A stretch of 64,000 nt of DNA, taken from contig NC_135663.1 in NCBI RefSeq assembly GCF_964188315.1, forward strand, positions 49,910,001-49,974,000. The letters are read 5' to 3'. How positions within the stretch are numbered: position 1 is the stretch's first letter; each line of letters starts with the position of its first letter. The translations under genes were made by a program, and so were the position numbers. This document shows positions 24,655-35,581 of this stretch, piece after piece. This stretch comes from Podarcis muralis. Its lineage: Eukaryota. The notes beneath the pieces were generated by a model. It was not told where the DNA came from. It ran no database searches and saw nothing but the letters and a program-made list of their open reading frames with translations.

Positions 24655-24790
24655 TTATTAATACCCCACCCACTCTGGGCGGCTTACAGCATATATAAAA
24701 ACATAGTAAAACATCAAGCATTGAAAACTTCCCAATACAGGGCTGCCTTCAGATGTCTTCTAAACGCTGTATAGTTCTTTATCTCCTTGA
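24655..24790 (-). mobile_element. L2 LINE 3' tail fragment
   Basis: TTATTAATACCCCACCCACTCTGGGCGGCTTACAGC...GGGCTGCCTTCAGATGTCTTCTAAA. Confidence 0.6.
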
Positions 24791-25877
24791 TAAGTATTAT
24801 AATTATGACAGTGCTTACCACCACTACACAAGTGAAGGGTTGCATTCAACTAATTCCTACTCAGAACAGACCCACTGAAATTAATGAACCTACTGAAGTT
24901 AATGCACCTAAATCAGTCGTGTCCATTAACTTCAGTGGGTCTGAACACCACTCAAAGCATTTTTAAAGAAAAAAGAAGTGAGCAAAGGGACAAAATTGAA
25001 GTCCCGCAGTAGACCTAAGGCTGAAGTCCCCTAGGCCACCCCCTGATAAAGTCCCTATATATAAAGTCCTTATTTCACCATTCCTCCTTCCCTACCTGTG
25101 GTTAATTGAAGACTTGCAGGACAAGCTGAAGAAGGGAGATGAGCTATCCCATTAATTTGTGTCTTGAACAAAGATATGAACATCCAAACCAGGCCAACAA
25201 AGCCCATAAGCACTAATACATCAGAATGTTTTTCTTTCTGAACCAACAAGGTATTGATAATAGGCTTGTTGAATGCATGTTACATAATTCCACACTGAAG
25301 ATCCAGTTAGCACAATTAGTTTTAATTAGATGGCTCTTTCTACACACAATATAAGGCTGTCTCCCATTCTTTATACAAATTTTAAAAACTTTAAAACTGA
25401 GCTTTGTTGAGTACTCACAGTTCTTATTTGCTTGAAATGTAGCATTGGTAATGAGCTTTCCTTAAGTAAAAAATGCAAATCTGATTTTTGCATATATCAG
25501 CATTAGGCTGCATTTGCTGTTCCATTCAGGCATATCCTACTGTCCAATTAAGATGGGTCAGAATTATTTCTTACAGCTGCTTTATAAAATCCTGCTGATT
25601 TGTAACAGATATTGTAAATCCCTGCTCTAAGACAAAGACCGGACCCTTTAATGCACTCATGATCAGAAGCTTCTCTCATCCACTTCAGTGAGTGGTGCTT
25701 CTTGTGCTGTTAATACCTAAGGTAAAGGTAATACCTAGCTGGGTATTAATTATAAATCAATCTGTAACGTATCTGAACTGAGCCATTTTCAGTATTAGTG
25801 CTTTAAAATGCACTCTCCTTTCCTATCTCTTTATGTATAATGTATAATGTGTCAGATATTAGTGAAAATATGCTTTA

Positions 25878-26578
25878 TTTGTTGGCATTTGTCTGTCTCG
25901 AGAGACAATGGGGTGTGCCTCCAGCAGTGAAGGCAAACCACTGTGTTAGCAGCAGCAAAGTGACCTTGCCAGGGCACAAGCCTGGGCAGTGTGTATGGAG
26001 GTCCTGGGTGGTCCAGATGACAAGACTCCCCCACTTCAGCCACGCTGATGGGGTCCCAAGGAAATCGGAGCAATATGTTTGGCACCAGCTTGACTGTGGG
26101 AGTTGCAAGAAGAAGGCGTACACAGCCCCATCCCACTGCCTTAGGGACTTAATTCTGGATTTGTGTAGGGCTTTACTCCCACAAGGTAGCGAAGTTTTAG
26201 GACCAGAGTTTTCTTTTTTCCTAGATGAGCCTCATTTGCCCCTCACTTCTCCCTATGGCATGTGCAGAAACCACCTTCTTGACCGTTGGACAGACTATTG
26301 GTCTTGTCCGCTCAATACACTGGAGCCTTTTTTCACATGCAGGGGAAATTCCTAACTCACTCAGGGTTTGAAGCCCATCAGTTACTCTCACTTGGCTTAG
26401 CTGGCCAGTTGAAGCCATTCCCGGGGGATGTGGCCACTGTCACATGTTGACAGCTCCTAGGACTCAGAGGTGAGAACTGAGTGCAAGGTGGGGACCAAAG
26501 GTGTTCAAACTACTCCAATAGAGCATGCCGTATTCTCCACCAGAAGTACTACCTCTCCCCTAACACTGCATACTCCCC
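25878..26578 (-). mobile_element. Non-autonomous RTE-derived element, copy B, full length (701 bp)
   Basis: Perfect 12-bp TSD aaatatgcttta (25866-25877 / 26579-26590). RTE-type 5'UTR motif CATCTAGGA...AAAACTCTG...GGAGTAAA and a 3' GTCTC-GAGAC hairpin before a short (CAA) tail. No ORF. Confidence 0.85.
26386..26578 (-). ncRNA. Candidate HDV-like self-cleaving ribozyme at the element 5' end (this copy partly decayed)
   Basis: P1 GGGGAGU(26578-72)/ACAUCCC(26431-25), P2 UCUCACCU/AAGUGAGA, L3 UCCUAG, J1/4 GG, P4 UGGCU/GGCCA, J4/2 GCUAA. The P3 5' strand is decayed here but intact in copy C. Confidence 0.55.
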
Positions 26579-27140
26579 AAATATGCTTTAACATGCTGAC
26601 ATAAATAATGTCATGTTATGTATGCCTATGAAGCACACCTGTATTTTTAACAAGAAAAGTCTTAACCCATTACACATAAATGGCTTCTATAACAAAATGA
26701 TTGGCACAGTACAAATCCAGTGTATAAACAGATGTTACATAAGCTATTGACACATAAATATCTCTATTCAGCTTTTCATTCATTTTCTTGTAACTTCCAG
26801 GCTTGACTGTTGTAATGTGCTTTATGTGGGGCTTCCATCAATTATGCTGTAGCTCTTCTTCTGGTGCTGTCAGGAAATAGGAGTATGTGGGCCTTTTGTT
26901 TCAAGCTTCTGCTGATGGAAATGAGATTTGGGGCCTAGTTCATGGTTCACACAACCATCAATACAAAAACAGAATTTCAGTCTCTGTGAAACGATTAAAA
27001 GTGGAGGAAAGGAAGACAAGGTAATAACTGGCTATATTAATACATTTAGCCACCTGTTCTATTTGGTTGATTCCCTCAGAAAAAATACGCAGCAGGGTCT
27101 GAACAAACTGATCAGGAAACAGTGTTATAAGTAACTGTAA

Positions 27141-27498
27141 AAAGGTAAAGGTACCCCGACCATAAGGTCCAGTCGCAGATGACTCTGGGGTTGCGCGCTC
27201 ATCTTGCTCTATAGGCTGAGGGAGCTGGCGTTTGTCCGCAGACAGCTTCCGGGTCATGTGACCAGCATGACTAAGCTGCTTCTGGCAAACCAGAGCAGCA
27301 CACTGAAACACCGTTCACCTTCCCACTGGAGCGGTGCCTATTTATCTACTTGCACTTGATGTGCTTTCGAACTGCTAGGTTGGCAGGAGCTGGGACCCAA
27401 CAACGGGAGCTCACCCCGTTGTGGGGATTCGAACTGCCGACCTTCCGATCGGCAAGCCCTAGGCTCAGTGGCTTAGACCACAGTGCCACCCGCATTCC
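27141..27498 (-). mobile_element. Sauria SINE
   Basis: Full-length similarity to the other copies. 14-bp TSD ataagtaactgtaa at 27127-27140 / 27499-27512. Confidence 0.93.
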
Positions 27499-30400
27499 AT
27501 AAGTAACTGTAATACAGTATATTGTTATTGGAGGAAGACCAAACCATACCCTGAGGTGATGGGCTTGTATTCATCAGATTTTAATGTGAATTTGAAGTCC
27601 ACAACTGTGGCTAGCCATCATGCATCCCAGTTTCTGGTCTAATCAAGGAGGTAAATTTAACAAATTGGAAGGCGAGATCAAATTCACACAAGGTAGATTG
27701 AGTCAACACAAGGGATTACTAGTGTGGCCAGTGAGTAGAGGAACTGCAGCTCAAATAAAAGAGCTAATACTCACATGTGTGGACTAGGAAGATGACTAGC
27801 TGGGCAGGTAGGCGGACATATTTGTTGTAATAACTTAACAGCTCTCATGTGGCCTTGGAATTCTTGTTACCCTTTATGAGAGCTTCTGGGCTGTATCTTG
27901 CTCTTTCATGCCTCTGAGTCTGAATCATTAAGCTGCTTTAATAAAAAATATCACTTCCTTACTCATCAGTAAGTGCACTTTTTGTCATGTTTTGGGTGGG
28001 AGTGAGGACAGGTATTTCTCCTTATAATGACTTTTCTGACAAACATTTTATTGAGGTTTTTATTTTATTTTTGTACTTTATATAATTGTAGGATTTTTTT
28101 CTCTCGTAAGTCCCTTTGTTGTTGGTACTTGAATATTTAAAACAAATAAATGTGTGTGTTTGAATAAACGGTGCTAAATTTCATATGCATGCAATCATTT
28201 GCTACATATTAGGATTATCAAACACTTTTTGCAGAAACCTAAAGAACTGAAATATTAGATCCAGCAACAAAATGAGGACTTCTGCTTCTATTGTATTCTC
28301 TCTCACACACTCTCTGTTTCTTTAAACTAAATAACCATTCCATTTTCCCAGTGTATAGTCTTGAAAGAACAATTCAACATCTGTGTTCTGATTTAGGGTA
28401 TTTGGGAGGAGGAGTTCTTTACAACACTATCCTATACATGTTTACTCAGAAGTTACCCAGTGAGTTCATTAGTGCTTACTCACAGGTAAGTGAGTATAGC
28501 ATCCCAGCCTCAACCAGCATTGCATTATTCTCTGATGGTGTCCTGTGGGAGTGCCTGAAAATATAAGAATCACCTTTGGCATCTAAAGTTTGGCAGAACT
28601 AAGGTGCATGGAAAGAGATTAAGGATGAAGCTCAAGAGCATTGTCCAATTTTGTCCAACCATCTTCTACTATAAGACTTTACTTTTATCTCTTTATTTGT
28701 GCTCTGAGCCAAAAAAATTCCATCAGCTTCTCAAAATGAGGACTCAATGCACAGATAAAATCTTGGCTGGATGACCGGCTTACATGAACTCCAATCCTTC
28801 TTTAGGAACTGTTGGCATACATTGATGTGCATGAATTCAGACCTCTTTCTCGTCTGCCTTCTTCATTCTTGTGAGCACTCAGCTTTGCAAATTTACAAAT
28901 GCAAAGGTGAGTAAATGTTTCCAGTACTTTATTGAAATGGGATTATAGATGGAATACTATTTAACACCAAATCCTACCAATGAATTAACTTGATACTGTG
29001 TTTTTGAGTTGCTATTTAATGAGATAAACACAGAGCTGATAATTTTGGTTTAATTATTCTGAGAGAGCAAGCAATTTAAAAACAAGCATTCTTGTGGAGT
29101 ATATGTTAGATGCTTTAAATGGAAAGCATAACAAGCTTTATACAGAACTGTTAATTTGACTTCAGTGGCATATAGAGCACGAGATCAAATATTGAATAAA
29201 TATGTGGAAGAAAACAGCAACTGAATGTAAGGTAGTATAGATTCAGTAAAGCTAGATTTTGCTTGGTTAATCTTTATTCAGAAAATGTGTTTATAGGAAA
29301 TGCAGATGACCTAACCTAACCTATCTGACCTTCAAAAAACTGTGGTTGGCAGGTGAAAGATAACAAAGGATTGTTTTTGAAAATAAACCTTTAGATTACA
29401 TAGAAGTCATCAGATAAGATCCTTGGGGATCATGCTTTGGGTCAATTCTATTTAATAAATTTGGTGGTTCTCATGAAGGTCCTAATACTGCAGTCCATTT
29501 CTAACGCAAACTTGGCAGACCTGTAAACCACATTGGCAGACAGGTGGTATATAAATGGAATAGATAGGGATGGTTAACTGTATAGCCTTATGAACTGGGC
29601 TAATAGAAATGTAATTAAACTAAATTAAATAGATTTTTACTAAGGTGAGTTTGATTAATGATTATGATTATTTTTCACTATCTGTTGTCAACTGAGCAGA
29701 TAAAAATAACAGAGGAAGAAGGAAACCATTAGTAATAGCCACCAGTGTCATGTGTCTTTAAAGAGAAAATGTGTAGCTATATATATAAAACATCTGTAAC
29801 CATATACATGGCTTCTGGCTTGGTGCTCCCTGCCTATAATTAGAAATAACAATAAGAGGTGGAAAGAATGCTTCTGTGACCAGCATCAGCTGCAGTGCAT
29901 GCATGTTGACTAAGGTGGTGATGCTGGGCCTCTTTGGTTGCTGCCCCTTCATTTGCTGCTCTCTGGGTGGTCCTTTGCCCTGGCCCATGTGGCCCTAGAC
30001 TTTGATCCAGAGGTCCAGCACTAGCTGTTCTTCAGGGAATGATTTAGGTTTTTAAGAATATTTGGCAAGAAGGTAGTAACAAAACAGACTGAAAAGAGTA
30101 AAAAATATAGATAGAGACACCAGAACTGAAATATGTGGTCATGTGTATTATGTGACAATATGTATGATGATGTTATACATTCCTTCCCCCAATGAGAAAA
30201 GTGGTAGTTCTCCCACCATTAACAGGCAGTAGCAGGCAGAGGAAAAGTTCACAAGTTTATCATTGTCTGTATGTCCTAATTATCTAGTCATTTGAATTTG
30301 CCCTCCTAGACAGGTATGCTTTAAAAAAAAGTTGCTATATAACTTGCTGTCACGTAAAAAAAAAAAAAAAAGCTTTAAAATAAACGTGCATTCTTTGTAG

Positions 30401-30619
30401 TGTGCCTTGTCTTTGTGGGTACCAGGACTTTTCTACCCCTAGGCAGCATGAAATATCCTGCCTCAGGTAGTTGTTTTCAAGGTACTAGTTTCAGATACAC
30501 AGTTTGTCTTACAGAAATAGTCTGAACATTTCTGCAACACTGATAAGCATGACATTAAACTAGAGAGTTTGGAGAGAGACATTTCCCGCAGTTCAAAGTT
30601 TATTGTTAATTGGTTAAAT

Positions 30620-30996
30620 AAGAGGTTACCAACCTTTTTGGGCCTGTGGGCAACTTTGCAGTATACACAATGTGTACACCACAACTAGGAATGCCATACA
30701 TCCGGGTTCTGGACACATCCGAGAATAGCTCAGAAAAATGGTGGATTTTTGCTGAATCGGCAAAATGTTCTGGAAAACCCAGACATATGGCAAGTTGGGC
30801 TATTTTTTTATAAAGAAATTCTGGGGGGAAAATCAAAGGATATTTTTGGAATATGGCAACCCTAACCATAAACTGTTGTGTTGGTTGTGATAAAATGTTT
30901 CTTTGAAATCTGATTTTGGGGGTGGGGTGCTGCGAGTTCCAGGGAAGGCTTCTGCAGGCGCATGGGCATCCATGGGTGCCGTGTTAGTGACGCCTG
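30620..30996. mobile_element. hAT MITE interrupted by a second MITE
   Basis: Ends AGAGGTTACCAACC / GTTAGTGACGCCTG, degenerate 8-bp TSD ggttaaat/agtaaaat. Confidence 0.55.
30686..30864. mobile_element. Nested hAT MITE (TAGGGTTGCCA-type TIR)
   Basis: TAGGAATGCCATA / TATGGCAACCCTA with 8-bp TSD accacaac/accataaa (6/8). Confidence 0.65.
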
Positions 30997-32043
30997 AGTA
31001 AAATTAATACCGATGAGTGCAGCTTAACATTGATTCACAAAGACAAGGGTTGTACTAGATAAGAATTAGCATAAATTGGGGAAGCTTTATAACATATAAA
31101 CATGGGCCTCCAGGGTTTTCAGTTTCAGATTGTGTGATTTACCACTTAAGTTATCTGAACAGAGAAGTGTTGGAATTAGATTTGCAGCCAAACCACTTGA
31201 GTCACTGTTGCCTTTGAACTCAACTGGAATATAACACAGCTGTTGCTTTTGTAGCTCTTCACAGTAGGTTTCCTGTGCTGACAAGCTGAACAACTTGTTT
31301 TCACCCACAGTATTCAGAAACTTGTAGTAACTTCAGTAGTATAACAATTAAATGTGAATGTAGTGTCATTTAACTTGTGATACTACAGGCCCACATTATC
31401 ACTGCAGGTTGTTTTTTTTAAAGCAGAAGTGTGACTTTGCCTGTGCACTTGTGCTTTCCCACTGGAGCTCTTAAGACTAGTTTTGTGTTGATGCTATGTG
31501 ATAGGACAGGTCGCTTCAAAAGTATGTAATAAGCTATCGCTGGTTCTTTTTGAGATGTCAGATACCTACTTTATTATAGCAAGAAAATGACAGTCAATTT
31601 CAATCAGAATTTATTGCGAACATTAAGAGCTGGAAGGACTTTGGCTAATCATTATAATGTCCCCAACAAATGGTAAATGAAAGCATAAGGAAATTGAGTT
31701 AACACAAGTTAAAAGTTCACATTCTTACTGAATTATATTAGAAGACCCATGACTTAATTAAATTATCTGAAACTGCTGGTTTCACTTCTCTTATAACAGC
31801 ACATTTGTATGATAGTTTCGTGGTAGATGCATAATAGGTGGCAGGCTTGCTTGGTTTATGTACAAGGAATAGATAATTTAGGCTGCAATCCTTCATCCAA
31901 TTACCTGAGAGTAAGCTCTGTTGAAGCCAATGCAACTTACTTTTGAGTTAACATGTATAGGATCGTACTGTTAAATCAATTGGTATATAGCTTTCTTCTA
32001 AATATTTGTATGCACAGACCCATATGCACAATTATTTTCTATA

Positions 32044-32283
32044 CAGTGGTACCTCGGGATGCGAATGGGATCCATTCCAGAGCCCCGTTTACATCCCAAA
32101 TGGAATGTAAGATGCGACAGCGCATCTGCGTGTGCGCGGGTCGCGTTTCACCACTTCCTCGCATGCGTGTGACGTCATTTTGACTGCGCATGCTCGAGTA
32201 ACAGAACGCGTTACTTCCGGGTCGCCGCAGAGTGCAACCCGAAAATACTTACCCTGAAGCGTATTTATCCCGAGGTATGACTG
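32044..32283. mobile_element. Tigger/pogo-like Tc1/mariner MITE
   Basis: TA|CAGTGGTACCTCGGGAT ... ATCCCGAGGTATGACTG|TA. Confidence 0.88.
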
Positions 32284-32454
32284 TATTATTTTTGTCCTTG
32301 GAGCATTTGCTCCAGACTTATCATAATTGAAACTCTGCTCACAGAACATTCCCACTGGAGAAAGGGATGATGCATTTTTTCCTTTCCTTTCCTTTCTCCC
32401 TGAACTTTCTTTTGGAGGATTGGGGTTTCCTTGGTTCATCTTTGCCACTGTACT

Positions 32455-32517
32455 TTTAATCTTTTGCTGGAAGCCGCCCAGAATGACCCAGCCAGATGGG
32501 TGGGGTAAAAATAATAA

Positions 32518-32559
<42 letters not shown>
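32455..32559 (+). mobile_element. L2 LINE 3' end with (ATT)14 tail
   Basis: GCTGGAAGCCGCCCAGAATGACCCAGCCAGATGGGTGGGGTAAAAATAATAA followed by (ATT)n. Confidence 0.75.
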
Positions 32560-32560
<1 letters not shown>

Positions 32561-32607
32561 CTCTCTATAGCAGCATCTTTGCTTTTGCTGTTTGATATAA
32601 GCAGTAC

Positions 32608-32953
32608 AGGGACGTGGGTGGCGCTGTAGTCTAAACCACAGAGCCTTGGGCTTGCTAATCAGAAGGTCGGCGGTTCGAATCCCCACAACGGGGTGAGCTC
32701 CTGTTGCTTGGTCCCTGCTCCTGCCAACCTAGCAGTTCGAAAGCATGTCAAAGTGCAAGTTGATAAATAGGTCCCGCTCCGGCGGGAAGGTAAACAGCGT
32801 TTCCGTGCGCTGCTCTGGTTTCACCAGAAGTGGCTTAGTCATGCTGGCCACATGACCCAGAAAAACTGTCTGCGGACAAACGCCGGCTCCCTTGGCCAGT
32901 AAAGCGATATGAGTGTCACGACTGGACTTAACTGTCAGGGGTCCCTTTACCTT
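32608..32953 (+). mobile_element. Sauria SINE
   Basis: TSD tataagcagta at 32596-32606 / 32954-32964. Small internal deletion near the 3' end. Confidence 0.92.
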
Positions 32954-35524
32954 TATAAGCAGTAGAAGTCAGGAATACTGCCTTACATTTCTCAATGGAG
33001 TGTTCTAAAGTTGCCCAATGTGTCAGTGTCTATCTGTGAACAGGACACCCCTGAAGCTGGTTGCGTAGTCACCAAAGAAAGAGTATGATACCAGTATAAC
33101 ATAGGTAATGTCCTTTTTGTTACCACAACAAAAAGACTGATGCTTCCAAAGTGCTACCTTTGTGGTAAGGCCTCATATACAAGATTCTCCACTGATACAG
33201 TAAGAGTATGTTTCAAAATTGATTTGACAACTTTCAACTGTCTTTGCTGTCATTTGAGCACTGACATTTCAATAGGATAATATTGTGGAAAGACAAAAGG
33301 TAGTAAAGAAATAAGCAGCCCCAGTAGCTGCTGTTAAAATTATTTTAAAATCATAGAAAATAAAAATTTAAACCTAGATAGTGTAATTCATTTCATGTGC
33401 CTGTAATATAAGGTTGCCATGTTCATTGCTGGGGCAGCCCAGTCATATGGGTGGGGTACAAGTAGTAATAATAATAATATTTATATTTATAATAATTTGC
33501 ATTCCTGTGTTATAACACTGGAATAATTTTTCAGCACTTCCCCCCAAAATGCATTAATATAATAAATATATTGCTTAAGAGTGATTTACAAGCTTTATAG
33601 GATACAACCATAAATTTTGAGTTTTCATTTCTAATTATTTACATTGAAACTGTGGAAGTAACTGTTCAATACAGAAAAGCTGTTTTGCTTTTATATAGTC
33701 ACTAGCAATTCTCCAGCAAGCTGTAAGATGATATGATTCTAAGCAGTACAGCTACAATCCTACTTTGTCAAAAGGTGAGGTTATATTATGTTTTACTTCC
33801 TGGGGAAAATATGAGTAAGCAGAAAAGCAATGTCATCCCCTTTCATCTAACACTTTAAAGTTTAAATGAAGTTATTTTAGAGAGCAGCAGAAAAAATGAC
33901 CTTATTCAGCTCTAGAAAGCAGTCTGGAACATAAATTTGTAATCAAATAGCTTTGCCATTTTTATTTCCTTTTTTTTTTTTTTTTTTTTTGGCCATGCTG
34001 GAAACTAGATGTATTCCACTTGAGACTTTATCTTAAGAGTGCTTTCTTAAGACGAACCCTTATTTAGAAATAAAATAAATGTGTTTTATAAAGAAGTGTG
34101 GGGGCCCCACGGACTTGTTTCTAGCAGCTTGTTGCAAAAAAACCCCAAACCCCACAAAACCTTTTTTCTAACTGCCGGTAAGAAACTAATTCTCATATGA
34201 GATGGAATGTTCTGTCCAATCTTGTTTCACAGCAGCTTTGAGTGCTTGACTGTACCAAAAAGGAAGGGTATTATTTGATTGTTCATTGTTACCAGCAGAA
34301 GGCTTTTCATTGTCTTTAAATAATAATTGTCACAAAACCTTCTATAGCGTAGTTTCCATTTCGCTTTGATCAGTGTGTATGTAGTGTGTAACATCTGTAA
34401 CAGTCAATCTTGCAGCCCAATCCGGTGCATGTTTGTTAAACCCCATGAAGTTCTACAATACTTTCAGATAAGCAGGTATAGCATTGTAGACCTTGATCTC
34501 TTGTGTTTTGTGGTCATGGATGTAAAATGATTTCCAGATAGACAAATAGAATAATGGCAGTCTTATTCTCATTGTGTGCCATTTGAATCGTTCTCGAATA
34601 ATATTTCTGACACCTTTAAAGAACCAGATTGCAGCAAATGGCTTGGTTTAGATTCTTATTTTGATATGCACATCAAATAATCTTGATGCAAAAGTAAAGA
34701 ATAGGTGGACGGAACAAATAAATTCTTATAGTCTATGGTTTACTCACTGTTATAGTTCAATTTGTTGCATCATATAATGTTTACATGGCCACCCCTAAAT
34801 ATTTATAGTTACACTTTATCAAATAACATTTTTCCATTCCTACATGTTTATTCTGCCTTCAGAAAATACAGGAGGAAATGCAAAGAACTTGCTTTTAAAG
34901 TATGTGAATATATAAGTAGATTTATTTGTTGATGTGGGACCGCTTTCATATAAAATTTTGAGACACTTGTACATCCTTCTTATGAAGTCAGATAAAATCC
35001 CATAAATTCTTCAATCAAAACTAAGCGAAAGATAAAAGTCTACGGAAATAGACAATATTTATGAAAGCCCATAAACAACCTTAAAAAACCTTGAGCAACA
35101 TAAAAATCGCCAGTGCCAATATATAACAGGGTTGGAATTTTCTGGAATAACATTAATTTCTAAGCATTTTGAAAATCTGAATAAAGGTTATTTAAATTCA
35201 TTAGGGTGACCCATGGAGGCAAAGGGGGTGAAGGAGATAAATGTACATTTTTTATGGGTTCTGCAGTGCTTTGTGGTACTCTGGTACACATACACAAGCA
35301 ACTGTCCTTTACAGCTTTGCTATAAAGCTGTTGTTTGATTAAGAGGCGTATATACCATCTCTTCATTCTCAAGTGTACTTCAAGCTATTCACATTTTCAC
35401 TGCCGTAATTGTATTGAAATTAATGGTGTTACACAGGGACAACGAAACAAAACAAAAAGAAGGAGATATGCAGTGGTGGTCTAGATCCTAAAACAGCATG
35501 AAATTGTCTGGCTTTCAACTGCTA

Positions 35525-35534
<10 letters not shown>

Positions 35535-35581
<47 letters not shown>
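35535..35581. repeat. (ATT)n microsatellite
   Basis: Perfect ATT run after a poly-T tract. Confidence 0.95.
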
